Both the position numbers and the translations under genes were made by a program. Shown here piece after piece: positions 62,660 through 64,000 of a DNA stretch of 64,000 nt. Source of the DNA: Antedon mediterranea (Eukaryota > Animalia > Echinodermata). Every line of letters starts with the position of its first letter. Position 1 is the stretch's first letter. Under the pieces are notes generated by a model. The model did not search any database and was not told the DNA's origin. It was given only the letters and a program-made list of their open reading frames with translations. The stretch spans positions 10,951,888-11,015,887 of the forward strand of contig NC_092676.1 in NCBI RefSeq assembly GCF_964355755.1, in the 5' to 3' direction.

Positions 62660-64000
62660 AGGGGGATTCTGGGTTTAAAATTGCTTTTAAATATCGTTTA
62701 TTTATTAAATAAAAAATATTATAACAATATAGACATGTCAGAATGAAGAAGTAATAACGAGAAATTAAAAAAAATTAAATTTCATATACATTTTAGGGTA
62801 AATTCATGAAAAATCTGTTTTTCAGCAGCTTAGGGAAGCTCATTAATATTCATGAGATATTCACAAAATCACGTCATCAGTGGATTCCAAACTCGCGACG
62901 TCAAGCTTGTACGTTGTGTTCTCTCTCTCCTCTGTCAAACGACGACCACCCGATCATTGTGAAATACATTTTTTGTAGATTTGCTAGCTAATTTAGTACA
63001 GATTACGGAGTCATAAATTATACTATTTTTATACCTCGAATTAATAATAATAGTACAGATCGTATATCGGCTTCACGTACTAGGCTAGGCCTAGCCTAAA
63101 TCATTTTATTCATGCCGGGGTGAGAGCCATTTCTGACTAGAGATTCCATGCCACGATAGCTACGTTAAAACATTGGGGCCATCATTCATGGGCCTAGCTA
63201 TATAGCCTATTACTAAACGATTGGCCCATAAATAACAAAACTCAGTGGATTCCAAACCCATCCTATCAACCAAACTCCTAAACAATCTAAACCTAAAACG
63301 TTCTACAAAAATCGGCTGTAAATATTGAGGCAAAACAAGGTCCGATCGCCGTCGTCCGCACGTATGGTGTCCCGATCGTCTAATAAGTAGGCCTAGTTTA
63401 CTCTAAAAAAAAGCGGATACTGCATCAAGCAAGTAGACCGGTAGTAGGAAGGAGACCTAGCCTAGCCTAGCCGATCCGACCCAGTTAAAAATTGAGCTAG
63501 CTAGTGTAGTAGACCCTATGCGAATTGATACTACCAGGCCTTTTACTTAGGCTACACTTGTTAAAATTAGCAATACTGTACTTATGTTTACAAATATTCC
63601 AACTCTCTCATTCGAGCTATATTATCTATACCATTCCGGTAGGTTGAGTCAACCTTCAATCAAATACTGTACATCGTTCATGTTGTGATTATAGACGGGG
63701 TATACTCGACCCGACCAGTTTGGTATTGTATACTGTATCTGCTTATCACGTGACGATGCCAGGCATGGGCAGAGAGAGCACGTGTATCGTCGTCTCGCTC
63801 TCCTCGCTCAGCAGGAATGTATACGTTACGCTTCATTGATTTTTAAGGCTTTCCCTAAAGTCAGTGCGAAAATCGGCAAACGTAAAGTGCAAACTTATCT
63901 AATTTTTCACTGTTTTGATGGATTTTCATAGAAAATTGACTTTATAAATGGGAAGACCGACTAAAATTACATCAGATAAGTATAATTTTACAAAAGTAAT
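62660..64000 (-). mobile_element. Kolobok-like element copy 2 (inverted; runs off the window)
   Basis: Reverse complement of 49435 back to ~47740, lacking the CR1 insert; preceded by TTAA (62656-62659). Confidence 0.9.

Overview
AT-rich eukaryotic (metazoan, probably invertebrate deuterostome; inferred) genomic DNA, not prokaryotic. The only host gene is an NHS/NHS-like (GUK-holder) gene on the + strand. Its WAVE-homology domain is split over exon 1 (24233-24503) and exon 2 (59384-59646) by a ~34.9-kb intron. Most of the rest is transposable elements. The first 16.5 kb is a nest: a spliced 7-exon, internally deleted Academ-type transposase pseudogene, two copies of one MITE, a MULE-like foldback element, a non-autonomous Academ element, and two near-identical 2,074-bp GG..CC elements with 8-bp TSDs. 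Further on are Gypsy, DIRS, L1/Tx1 and CR1-group LINE remnants, a MetaSINE, and Harbinger, hAT, ISL2EU-like and Kolobok-like elements. The most unusual signal is a dense record of apparent excision scars. (i) CATGG..CCATG micro-palindromes of 10-34 bp sit between 7-bp direct repeats and match P-element footprints, including an exact 17+17 one and three stacked at one site. (ii) TA is expanded to TAGGCCTA, TAGGCTA, TACCGGTA or TACAGTA, shown by filled-versus-empty comparison of repeat copies within this window. Family assignments rest on motif recognition by eye; no database search was run.
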